Below, piece after piece: positions 48,365 to 56,557 of a stretch of DNA of 64,000 nt. The notes below the pieces were generated by a model, which saw nothing but the letters and a program-made list of their open reading frames with translations, made no database searches and was not told where the DNA came from. Source of the DNA: a virus; the IMG/VR virus record IMGVR_UViG_3300018915_000002; one strand, given 5' to 3'. Both the position numbers and the translations under genes were made by a program. Position 1 is the first letter of the stretch, and the number at the start of each line of letters is the position of its first letter.

Positions 48365-50614
48365 GTGAATCATCCGTCATGGCTAGACTATCACACCTGG
48401 GAAACGCCACGCTGGAAGACAGCGGTGGGCAGCAGAAAGATGTCATTTCCGATGCGAAAAGCATTGGAAATGAAAACAATCACGCCTGAGACTACGGTCT
48501 TGGATTTCGGTTGTGGACGCAACAACGATGTTACGTCCCTCAAGGAGATGGGCATTGCGGCAGCAGGATTTGATCCCTACTGGTGCAACGATCCGTCTCA
48601 ATTGAAGGTCACCGATGTGGTGACTTGCATCTACGTCCTCAACACGATTGAACGCGACTGGGAAATCCCAGAAGTGGTTCGATACTGCTGGGATCTAACC
48701 CGCAAGACACTTGTCCTAGCAGTTCGTCCAGGTGATGACCACGAAGAGACTACTACCATTGGGACCTACCAGTACTACTGGAAGCCCAAAAGCTGGCAGC
48801 GATTCGTACTCGATGAACTCGGATATGATGCCGAGTTCCCTGAAGCAGGTATCGCGGTTATAAAGAAACCTGCAACAATTTGTTACAATAAGAGTGTAAA
48901 GAATTCAAGCCAAACAGATATGAACAGCAAAGAGTTCAAGAAGTTCTTGTCAGTTTCCCCTGATAAGGACGGAGAGTCCAATGGTTCGCCCGTCTCTTTG
49001 GAGTATGAGCACGGAATGCTCATGCTCACCTACAAGAAGGGCGGAATGCTCGTCAAAATCCCCTACGCCTTAAATGGGGCGGACGAGAAGTGGTCAATCA
49101 CTGTTGACCACACAGCCGTAATGGCTGCACTCGCATCTGTGAAGAGCAAGGCAGACGTAAGCTTGAGCATCGTTGACGGCGATTTAATCATCGCCAACAG
49201 CGAAGTCAATCTTCGTATCAGTCCTTGGGGCAAGGATATCGTGGATTTTGATCCCGACATCCTTGAACTCGATAGCCAAGTTATTGAGTTTCCAGGTACG
49301 TTTTGGGCAGAATTTGTCGCTGCCGCAAGGGTAGCTAAGACTAACAAAAAAGGGGTAAACCCAGAGATTGTCGGTAAAGCTGTCCATGTTAAGGCGATAA
49401 ATGGACTTGCCTCCGTCTCAGCTTGGTCTGAGTCGGTTGCAACCCATCGACCAATCCCCCTCCAAAGGGAAATCACTGAAGACCGAAGCTTCGTTCTCCC
49501 CTTGGAGGCAATTGAAATCGTGGCTGCGATGAAGTCGTCGCAGATTACGATGACCCTCGATTACAAGTTTCATCAATTACTGATTGAAACGGACATAGGG
49601 TATGTCCTCGTAGACCTACCCCAAGTCAAATACCCCGTCACAGATGGGATGGAAAAGGGCGACTTCGCTGAAGCCTCAGTGGAAGTCAAACGAAAGGATC
49701 TGCTAAACGCGGTGAAAACCGCTGTCGAGGCAGGAGCCAAGAATGTGACGCTGGTGTTCGATAACAACACCGTTGTCGTTGAAGCAGCCAAAGTCAAAAA
49801 GCAGGAAGTTATTCCTACTGAGATTGACGAAAAGAAAAAGTTTGCGGCTAGCATCAAAGTGGCAGCAGGAGCGCTGCTTGACGCATTAAAAACCCTAACT
49901 GCGGCAAAAATATTCCTGCACTTTCCAATGGCTGCTGCAAACAGCCTGATCATCGATACCGTCACTGGTATCATGTACGTCTTTGTGGTTACCGTCAAGG
50001 TAGCTGCTCATTTGATTGAAACCGCAGCAGATGCACTGAAAAAGCCAGAACCGAGGCGAGAAGTCGTCTCGACTGGAGAAAATAGCGATGGCACTACCTT
50101 TGTAGTAGAAGCCGTCGAAGCCTCCCCTCTTCAACCAGAACTTTCTGTTGAGCAAGTGGAGGAGAAACGAGCCAAGCTCGAAGAGCAATTTGGCAAAGAG
50201 AAAGTCGATCTCGCGGAAGCTGCTCTGGATGTCGCTCAATACCGAGAAAGGGTTCGCGAAATCCTCAAGGCAATTGATGTGGAACTAGAGCAACTGCGAT
50301 CGCTTCCTGCATCCAGCAATACCGCTAAGATCAAGAACTTGGATAAAGTCCAACAGAGCATCCAAGATGATGCCAAGAAACGAATTGCAGAGCTGACAAA
50401 ACTACATCAGAGTCTTTCTGGTGTGGTATCGGACGCGGAAAACGCCGAGTCAGCTATTGAGGCTGATGTGTACGAGACAGAATTCACCCTAGATGGCTTG
50501 GAGGAGGTTCTCCTTCGCCTCAAGTGGTGGGGCGGTCGTACCCTTCATCTCCTCTGGAAAGAAGAAGCTCAATGGATGCCTCAGATGAGGCTTGTTGAGC
50601 CACGGACACGCTAA
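48365..50614 (+). CDS. Fusion of a phosphorothioation-associated-type methyltransferase domain and a DnaN-like clamp with a coiled C-terminus
   Basis: N-terminus RWKTAV...VLDFGCGR...GFDPYW...VVTCIYVLNTIE...WDLTRKTLVLA matches the DNA phosphorothioation-associated putative methyltransferase family. Residues from 186 on show clamp-like segments (KYPV...VEVKRKDLLNAVKTA; LLDALKTL...IMYVFV). Confidence 0.65.
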   Translation: MNHPSWLDYHTWETPRWKTAVGSRKMSFPMRKALEMKTITPETTVLDFGCGRNNDVTSLKEMGIAAAGFDPYWCNDPSQLKVTDVVTCIYVLNTIERDWEIPEVVRYCWDLTRKTLVLAVRPGDDHEETTTIGTYQYYWKPKSWQRFVLDELGYDAEFPEAGIAVIKKPATICYNKSVKNSSQTDMNSKEFKKFLSVSPDKDGESNGSPVSLEYEHGMLMLTYKKGGMLVKIPYALNGADEKWSITVDHTAVMAALASVKSKADVSLSIVDGDLIIANSEVNLRISPWGKDIVDFDPDILELDSQVIEFPGTFWAEFVAAARVAKTNKKGVNPEIVGKAVHVKAINGLASVSAWSESVATHRPIPLQREITEDRSFVLPLEAIEIVAAMKSSQITMTLDYKFHQLLIETDIGYVLVDLPQVKYPVTDGMEKGDFAEASVEVKRKDLLNAVKTAVEAGAKNVTLVFDNNTVVVEAAKVKKQEVIPTEIDEKKKFAASIKVAAGALLDALKTLTAAKIFLHFPMAAANSLIIDTVTGIMYVFVVTVKVAAHLIETAADALKKPEPRREVVSTGENSDGTTFVVEAVEASPLQPELSVEQVEEKRAKLEEQFGKEKVDLAEAALDVAQYRERVREILKAIDVELEQLRSLPASSNTAKIKNLDKVQQSIQDDAKKRIAELTKLHQSLSGVVSDAENAESAIEADVYETEFTLDGLEEVLLRLKWWGGRTLHLLWKEEAQWMPQMRLVEPRTR

Positions 50615-50733
50615 CCACGGAGTTCCGTGACACAAATAAACCCCCTAGATCAAGTTTGATCTAGGGGGTTTATTCGTGTTTATAGTTAGCACACATAGTG
50701 TGATAACATAGATATAGTTACTAAAGCAAAATC

Positions 50734-51267
50734 ATGACCAAGTATGCGATTGGCGATCAAATTAACCTTGATCTAGATTCGATTCAAGGTGTAATTAAAA
50801 CCGTAAAAACAAAGCGATTTTTACAAGAAGATCAGCAATCTCTTTGCTATGGAATTCAATGGACAATTCCATCCTGCAACAATTACCAGTTCACAACTTT
50901 CGAGGAAGTCAAAGTAATTGATGATTCAATTGGTTGCCTCGTCATGGCAGAAAACATGGCTCTAGGAGGAGAAATTGGAGGCTCCGAAGCGTTGCTCAAA
51001 GAGCGATTGAAGGATGCAAAACAACTCCTCTTTGACGAGTGGGAGAAAGCTTTTTCGGGAGCAAGCTTTGACTTTGAGAAAAAGCAACTTCTAAGCAAGC
51101 CTCTTCCCCGTAAAAGACCACAATTTACTTTTGTTGGTCAACAATACGCCCTTCAGTGGGCGTTGAGGCGAGACGTGCTCTTGCCAGAGTCCTATCACAA
51201 CCAGCAGACTTCTCGTGGCGGTGTTTGGGTAATTGATGCTTGGGATAATTTACCCATAGATTCTTAA
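50734..51267 (+). CDS. Hypothetical protein
   Basis: 177 aa; AAGCAAAATC leader; palindrome variant immediately after the stop. Confidence 0.7.
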   Translation: MTKYAIGDQINLDLDSIQGVIKTVKTKRFLQEDQQSLCYGIQWTIPSCNNYQFTTFEEVKVIDDSIGCLVMAENMALGGEIGGSEALLKERLKDAKQLLFDEWEKAFSGASFDFEKKQLLSKPLPRKRPQFTFVGQQYALQWALRRDVLLPESYHNQQTSRGGVWVIDAWDNLPIDS

Positions 51268-51344
51268 TCACGGAGATTCGTGACACAAAAAACCCGTAGA
51301 TCAAATTTGATCTACGGGTTTTTTGTTTTGGGAGTGTGATCGCC

Positions 51345-52175
51345 TTATTCCATCCGCCAGCTAGCTAATATTTCCGTAACTTTGTCGCTTCTGGCAGAGA
51401 TTTTAGAGTTGATTGCTCTTGTCACCTCAACGTACTCAATATTTGCTCCAAGCTTGGTGTAAAGCTCAACAATCCGCTCTGTAGCGTGATTGGATACCAA
51501 GGTGGGGCAAGGGTATCTAGAGGCGGCTAGCGCCAATTCTTCTTGCTTTTCCCAGTTGAATAATTCCCCTGTGCCATACTGAGTAAACTTTGAGGTATCA
51601 GTTAGCTCGTCATAAGGCGGGTCACAATAGACATAATCGGTTTTCAGTACCTCTACTTGAGAGAAGTCACCACAGGTAAACTCCCATTGCTTGAACACAG
51701 GAAGGTAATCCGTGTAATCCAACATGTACTTAAACTTTTGTCCCTTTGGAGGCTTTCCAATGGGTACATTCAGGCCACCGCTCATATTGCTCCTGATGAG
51801 GCCATTGTAGCCGTGGCGATTTAGGTAAACCAGCAATTCCGCAACTTCTTGGGCGTACATGGATAACATCAATGGCACAGACAGGGTGTTGAACCGCTGC
51901 CTCGCTTCGTAATAAGCTTCTTTAGAGTGCTGGATTGGGTTTTGAATTACAAACCCTTCCTGTACTCGGTGGTACAGATTTATCAGTGCTGGGAAGCTGT
52001 CATTGAGAAAAGCCTTGTTCGGCATTAACCCCAGCACATCTCCTAGTCCGCCACAGAACGGAGCAACATACCTGCGATCACGGTGCAAGTCATAGTATCT
52101 CTTGAGGTAGGGTACTAGCTTTGTCTTCCCTCCTGGATATTTCAGAATGGGGAGCAATTGCGTTGTTGTTTGCAT
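51345..52175 (-). CDS. dam: DNA adenine methyltransferase, Dam/D12 class
   Basis: LKYPGGKT, APFCGG, NDSFPALINLY, YLNRHGYNGL..N..G.LNVPIG and VYCDPPY. Target specificity is not determinable from sequence alone. Confidence 0.9.
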   Translation of the reverse strand: MQTTTQLLPILKYPGGKTKLVPYLKRYYDLHRDRRYVAPFCGGLGDVLGLMPNKAFLNDSFPALINLYHRVQEGFVIQNPIQHSKEAYYEARQRFNTLSVPLMLSMYAQEVAELLVYLNRHGYNGLIRSNMSGGLNVPIGKPPKGQKFKYMLDYTDYLPVFKQWEFTCGDFSQVEVLKTDYVYCDPPYDELTDTSKFTQYGTGELFNWEKQEELALAASRYPCPTLVSNHATERIVELYTKLGANIEYVEVTRAINSKISARSDKVTEILASWRME

Positions 52176-52320
52176 GTTTATTTTTGTAAAACTCAAATTA
52201 ATTGTAACATAATACCCAAATTCAATCCGCCACGGAACTCCGTGGTACGCGAAAAGGCAGACTCATCAAATCGATGAATCTGCCTTTTAATCTGCTAGTT
52301 GGTAGCTAGCAGCATAGCGT

Positions 52321-53226
52321 TTAAGCGTCGTAGAAAGCTTTGATCTTCTTGATCAGTAATGTTTTGGACGCTTTTTTGTATTTGGTGATGCTACCTCTTT
52401 GAATCACGTTGATGCGATCGCAGAAGGTAACTAACTGCTCTTTCTCCCACCGCTGCAACACGAAGTTTGCAGGTCTTAAGGGAAGTTCCGGCGCTATTTG
52501 CACCTCCGATGGGAGGGAGCGCTCCACTTCAGAATCAATCTGAGTAGTTGGAATTTCTTCAACAGGGGGAAGAGTGAGGTTCTGGAGAATGTAATCTTTC
52601 CAGGTTCGGGAGGGGACAACAACGTTAAATTGCTGTTCTAACCCTCGTCGGAATGTCTCAACGTCGAGCGTCTTGACTTGATGAGCTTCGGCTTCTTGTA
52701 TTGATGGAATGAAGCTCTCAGTCCAGTCATAGGTGACTGGTGGTAGCTCAACCCCAATCCCCGCAATAAGTGCAAGGCTGCTAAGAGCAAGTATAGGAGG
52801 AGCGATTGGGATGACCCGATCTGAAGCCTTTTCTAGGTCTGGGAAGTAATCAATCCGCTCTGGAAGGGGTTTAAATGCTTCTTGGAGCTTTCGGTACAAG
52901 ACCCAGATGTAAACTATCGGCACAGTTGCCGTGTGCGCGATCGCACTTAGGGCGAATAGGATCACCCAGGTGACCGCAAAACAGGGAACCGCTGCTAATG
53001 TCATAGATAAAGTGACAGGTGCGAGGATCATGCCTGCTAGACCATCAAGAAGGTCTTCGGTTCCGCGACGGGCGCGGTCATAGGAACTATTGAACTGTTT
53101 AATACAATCGTTAACTACCGAAACAGTTTGCCCCCCAACTTCCTTCGCCGTAACGAGGAAAAGGTCGCAAATTGATTCTACGGACTCTAAAAGAGAATCC
53201 ATTGCATAGCTGATGAATGCGTTCAT
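52321..53226 (-). CDS. Membrane-associated hypothetical protein
   Basis: Hydrophobic segments at about aa 62-110 and 135-160. Confidence 0.65.
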   Translation of the reverse strand: MNAFISYAMDSLLESVESICDLFLVTAKEVGGQTVSVVNDCIKQFNSSYDRARRGTEDLLDGLAGMILAPVTLSMTLAAVPCFAVTWVILFALSAIAHTATVPIVYIWVLYRKLQEAFKPLPERIDYFPDLEKASDRVIPIAPPILALSSLALIAGIGVELPPVTYDWTESFIPSIQEAEAHQVKTLDVETFRRGLEQQFNVVVPSRTWKDYILQNLTLPPVEEIPTTQIDSEVERSLPSEVQIAPELPLRPANFVLQRWEKEQLVTFCDRINVIQRGSITKYKKASKTLLIKKIKAFYDA

Positions 53227-53386
53227 GATTTTTGCCTTTTGTTGAATATTTTTGAGGCATCTTGAAGAGATTTGCCTCAGTTACTTCTTAATTATAACAA
53301 CAAATACATCATTATGTCTATATCTATTGTTATTTAGTTTAAAGTACGTCATAATAGTATATAGAACCTTCTACTAAAGCAAAATC

Positions 53387-53680
53387 ATGACTACCACTAT
53401 TTTCAGTCGCGTAGGCGATGCATTGCACCGCCTACAAGTCGTGTACGTCCTACTGGGATGGTTTATAGCGATAGCGCTGCACGAAACCGTCCATAGCTTG
53501 CACTACAGCAAGCCCGGACACCTCGCTGTAGACGTTATGCCGGGACTAGAACTGGGAGCAGCGGGCGCATTGCAATGCGTGATCGCACTGACCCTCCAGT
53601 TGGTCAAAGTCCCCTCAACTCCAGCTTGGCTAGCAGGTGAAATCATCAGTGATTTCATCCTGGCTAAGCTGCAAAGCTAG
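53387..53680 (+). CDS. Small hydrophobic protein
   Basis: 97 aa; AAGCAAAATC leader. Confidence 0.6.
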   Translation: MTTTIFSRVGDALHRLQVVYVLLGWFIAIALHETVHSLHYSKPGHLAVDVMPGLELGAAGALQCVIALTLQLVKVPSTPAWLAGEIISDFILAKLQS

Positions 53681-53766
53681 CCCAAAGCCCTCATTGATGT
53701 ATTTCAATGAGGGCTTTGTCATTTTGTTACAATAAAGGAAGAAATCTACAAAAATAAGGCAAAATC

Positions 53767-54087
53767 ATGCAAGTATTTTTCCTGCAACGGCACGGCTTCC
53801 GTGCGATCGCCTGCGCTGACAAAGAGCGCTACTGCTTTGTTGAGTTTTATCCAAACTCGCCTCATTTCAGTTCAGACTTCGGTGAGACAATGCATTTAGA
53901 GCATTGGCTCAAAGGTTGGACTAAAGATGAGAACTGGGAGCTTCCCTGCTTCAGTAAATTTGAAGCTTGGAAGAAAGAGATAGAAGAACGCTTGGAGAAA
54001 AAGCCAGAACACTGGAATTTGATGTCTCAAACACTCTTCATTGCTGGATTATCTGCAAATGAAGTCGTGGGGACGTTGAGTGATTAA
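53767..54087 (+). CDS. Hypothetical protein
   Basis: 106 aa; promoter at 53725-53733 plus leader. Confidence 0.65.
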   Translation: MQVFFLQRHGFRAIACADKERYCFVEFYPNSPHFSSDFGETMHLEHWLKGWTKDENWELPCFSKFEAWKKEIEERLEKKPEHWNLMSQTLFIAGLSANEVVGTLSD

Positions 54088-55075
54088 CCACAGAAATTAC
54101 GACCAAGTGGTCGTGTCCTTCTGTGGGAAAGACTCCCTTAGCTCCTTGCTTCACTGCTTGGAACTAGGTTTTCCCACAGAAAAGATCGAGCTATGGCACC
54201 ACCTAGTGGACGGCAATGGCTCAACATTTATCGACTGGCCTTGCTCTGGTGGCTACGCCAAAGCCGTAGGCAGGGCATTCGGCATCCCAACCTACTTCTC
54301 GTACCGAGACGGTGGTTTCAAAGCCGAACTACTGCGAGAGAACCGCAAGAGTGCGGCTACCTTTTTCGAGACCCCAGAAGGACTGAAGAAAGCAGGAGGT
54401 GATCGCGGTAAAATACTGACTCGTAGACAGTTCCCTCACGTAGGGGCGATACGAGATGGGCGCTACTGTAGCGCTCTAGAAAAAATTGACGTTGGGCGCA
54501 CAGCGTTCAACAATCAAGATCGATTCAAGGGTGCAAGAACCCTATTTATTAGTGGCGAGAGGGCTGCCGAGTCCAAGCAAAGGGCTTCCTACCATGAGTT
54601 TGAGACTCATGAGTGTGATGCCCGTGAAAAGTGTGGTCGCTACATTGACCACTGGAGGCCCGTCCACAAACTGACGACAGAAGAGGTGTGGTGCATCATT
54701 GGTCGCCACAAAATCAACCCTCATCCCTGCTACAGAGCGGGTTGGGGAAGATGCTCGTGTGCACTCTGCATTTTTTCGGATTGCGATCAGCTTGCCTCGG
54801 CGAGACTGGTCATGCCAGAGCAGTTCGCAGAGATGGTCGCTCTTGAGCGAGAGTTCCAGAAGAGCATCCATTTTAAAGTGAGACATCGAAAGGGTCAAGA
54901 GTCGGAGATCATTAATATCTGGCTGGAAGACCGTGCCAACAAGGGAATTCCTTATGGAGGGATTAACCTATTAACAATAGCGGAACTTCGGGACGAGAAC
55001 TGGGATTATCCCATCTTCTTGAACCAATGGGAAATGCCACTAGGAGCCTTTGCGAGTCAAAGCGGTCCTAGTTAG
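54080..55075 (+). CDS. PAPS-reductase-family protein (phage/plasmid type)
   Basis: VVVSFCGKDS (PP-loop-like), RYCSALEKID, SGERAAESKQRA, RPVHKLTTEEVW and HPCYRAGWGRCSCALCIF. Confidence 0.85.
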   Translation: MINHRNYDQVVVSFCGKDSLSSLLHCLELGFPTEKIELWHHLVDGNGSTFIDWPCSGGYAKAVGRAFGIPTYFSYRDGGFKAELLRENRKSAATFFETPEGLKKAGGDRGKILTRRQFPHVGAIRDGRYCSALEKIDVGRTAFNNQDRFKGARTLFISGERAAESKQRASYHEFETHECDAREKCGRYIDHWRPVHKLTTEEVWCIIGRHKINPHPCYRAGWGRCSCALCIFSDCDQLASARLVMPEQFAEMVALEREFQKSIHFKVRHRKGQESEIINIWLEDRANKGIPYGGINLLTIAELRDENWDYPIFLNQWEMPLGAFASQSGPS

Positions 55076-55160
55076 GGGAAAGGGGAAAGGTAAATATTTA
55101 CCTTTCCCCTTTTCTTTTTCCAAGGAACCTGGAATCCAGGCACCCAGTTTCCATATTTAT

Positions 55161-56495
55161 GAGATTCGCTGGGAAGACTGCGTACCCTCGTGGTCGCAGA
55201 TGAAAGGCGAGTCAATTGCGGTCGGTCAATCCCGACGCAATTGACTTTCCTGCCACGGCTTACCTAAAATCAAAAAAGTAGATAAATTGGTGAGTGATGG
55301 CAAATAAAGGTTATCGATTTCGGCTGTATCCAACCCCTGAGCAAGAGAAATATCTGGCTCGGTGTTTTGGGTGCAGCCGCTTTGTGTATAACCATTTTTT
55401 GCGGTTAATCACCGATGCTTACGCCGAATCCAAGAAGCACCTAAAGTATACTGACACAGCTAAGTTGCTCACTCTCCTGAAGAAAGATGAGCAATATTCT
55501 TGGCTAACAGAAGTCAACAGTCAGTCCCTACAGCAGACGCTTAAAGATTTAGAGTCTGCATTTAACCGCTTTTTCAAAAAGATAGGAAGTTTCCCTGTAT
55601 TTAAGAAGAGGCGCAATCGTCAATCATTTCGCATTCCTCAGCATTGGAGCATTACTCCCGATGCAATGCTAAAACTTCCCAAGATGCTCCCTATTAAAAT
55701 GGTGCAGCATCGGGAAATGGAAGGAACACCAAGCAGCGTTACTATCAGCAAAACACCTACGGGCAAGTATTACGCTTCCATTTTGGTGGAATATGACCAG
55801 AGAGAAGCTCCGCTTAATGGTGGAAAGACTGGCGCTGACCTGGGGCTAAAAGACTTTTTGATTACCAGCGAGGGTAAAAAGTATCCAAATCCCAGATTCT
55901 ACAAACGTGCATTAAAGCGTTTAAAGCGGCTACAACGCTCTTTATCTCGTAAAGTCAAAGGCTCTAACAACCGTAATAAGCAACGGTTACTTGTTGCCAG
56001 AGCGCACGAGAAAGTAGCCAATCAACGGTTAGATATGCAACACAAACTCTCTCTACAGTTAACGTGCGAAAACCAAGTTGTTGCTGTGGAAGATTTGCAT
56101 ATCAAGGGGATGGTTAAAAACCATAAGCTAGCCCAAGCTATTAGCGATGCTAGCTGGGGGCAATTCTTGACAATGCTGGAGTACAAAGGGAACCTCTATG
56201 GTTGTGAAATTCGTAAGCTAGACAGGTTCTTCCCTAGTTCTAAGCGCTGCTCAAAGTGTGGATACATCCATGAGCATCTGACGCTAGATGTCAGAGAGTG
56301 GATTTGTCCAGAATGCGGCACCACTCATGACCGTGATGTCAACGCCGCAACTAACATCCTCATCTTTTCAGATCCACAAATACGGCAGGGATTGCCGGAA
56401 TCTACGCCCAAAGAGCCTGTTGAAAGACAGGGATACCAAGGGGGTTACTCCTTGGGCTTGGGAAGCTGCGTGGGCTTGTCCCCGCAGTAATTCAC
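55161..56495 (+). mobile_element. IS200/IS605-family (IS1341-like) tnpB-only element
   Basis: Left end follows TTTAT, with hairpins ctgcg...cgcag and gtcaattgcg...cgcaattgac. Right-end hairpin ctgcgtgggcttgtccccgcag is followed by TTCAC. No tnpA. Confidence 0.8.
55294..56490 (+). CDS. tnpB: RNA-guided endonuclease TnpB
   Basis: N-terminal HTH (YRFRLYPTPEQ...FGCSRFVYN), RuvC GADLGLK, VEDLHIKGM, zinc finger CSKCG...CPECG and DRDVNAATNI. Confidence 0.95.
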   Translation: MMANKGYRFRLYPTPEQEKYLARCFGCSRFVYNHFLRLITDAYAESKKHLKYTDTAKLLTLLKKDEQYSWLTEVNSQSLQQTLKDLESAFNRFFKKIGSFPVFKKRRNRQSFRIPQHWSITPDAMLKLPKMLPIKMVQHREMEGTPSSVTISKTPTGKYYASILVEYDQREAPLNGGKTGADLGLKDFLITSEGKKYPNPRFYKRALKRLKRLQRSLSRKVKGSNNRNKQRLLVARAHEKVANQRLDMQHKLSLQLTCENQVVAVEDLHIKGMVKNHKLAQAISDASWGQFLTMLEYKGNLYGCEIRKLDRFFPSSKRCSKCGYIHEHLTLDVREWICPECGTTHDRDVNAATNILIFSDPQIRQGLPESTPKEPVERQGYQGGYSLGLGSCVGLSPQ

Positions 56496-56557
56496 TCTCT
56501 AGTTTCCATATTTATTCTCTTTGCCACGGAACTCCGTGGGCGACACCTATACAGGCA

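Noticed and set aside
42168-50239. Long antisense ORFs within the clamp-like and fusion genes (for example 42168..42641, 49063..49476, 49573..49998)
   Set aside because: These are shadow frames of long genuine CDSs, with no independent expression signals.
53791-53803. CACGG-CTT-CCGTG, a 13-bp look-alike of the palindrome
   Set aside because: It has a three-base centre and lacks the conserved A, and it lies in coding sequence. Not counted; it could be chance or a degenerate copy.
54080-55075. Calling the PAPS-reductase-family gene dndC
   Set aside because: It is shorter than typical DndC, not adjacent to dndD, and its C-terminal motif fits the stand-alone phage/plasmid subfamily. No symbol was assigned.
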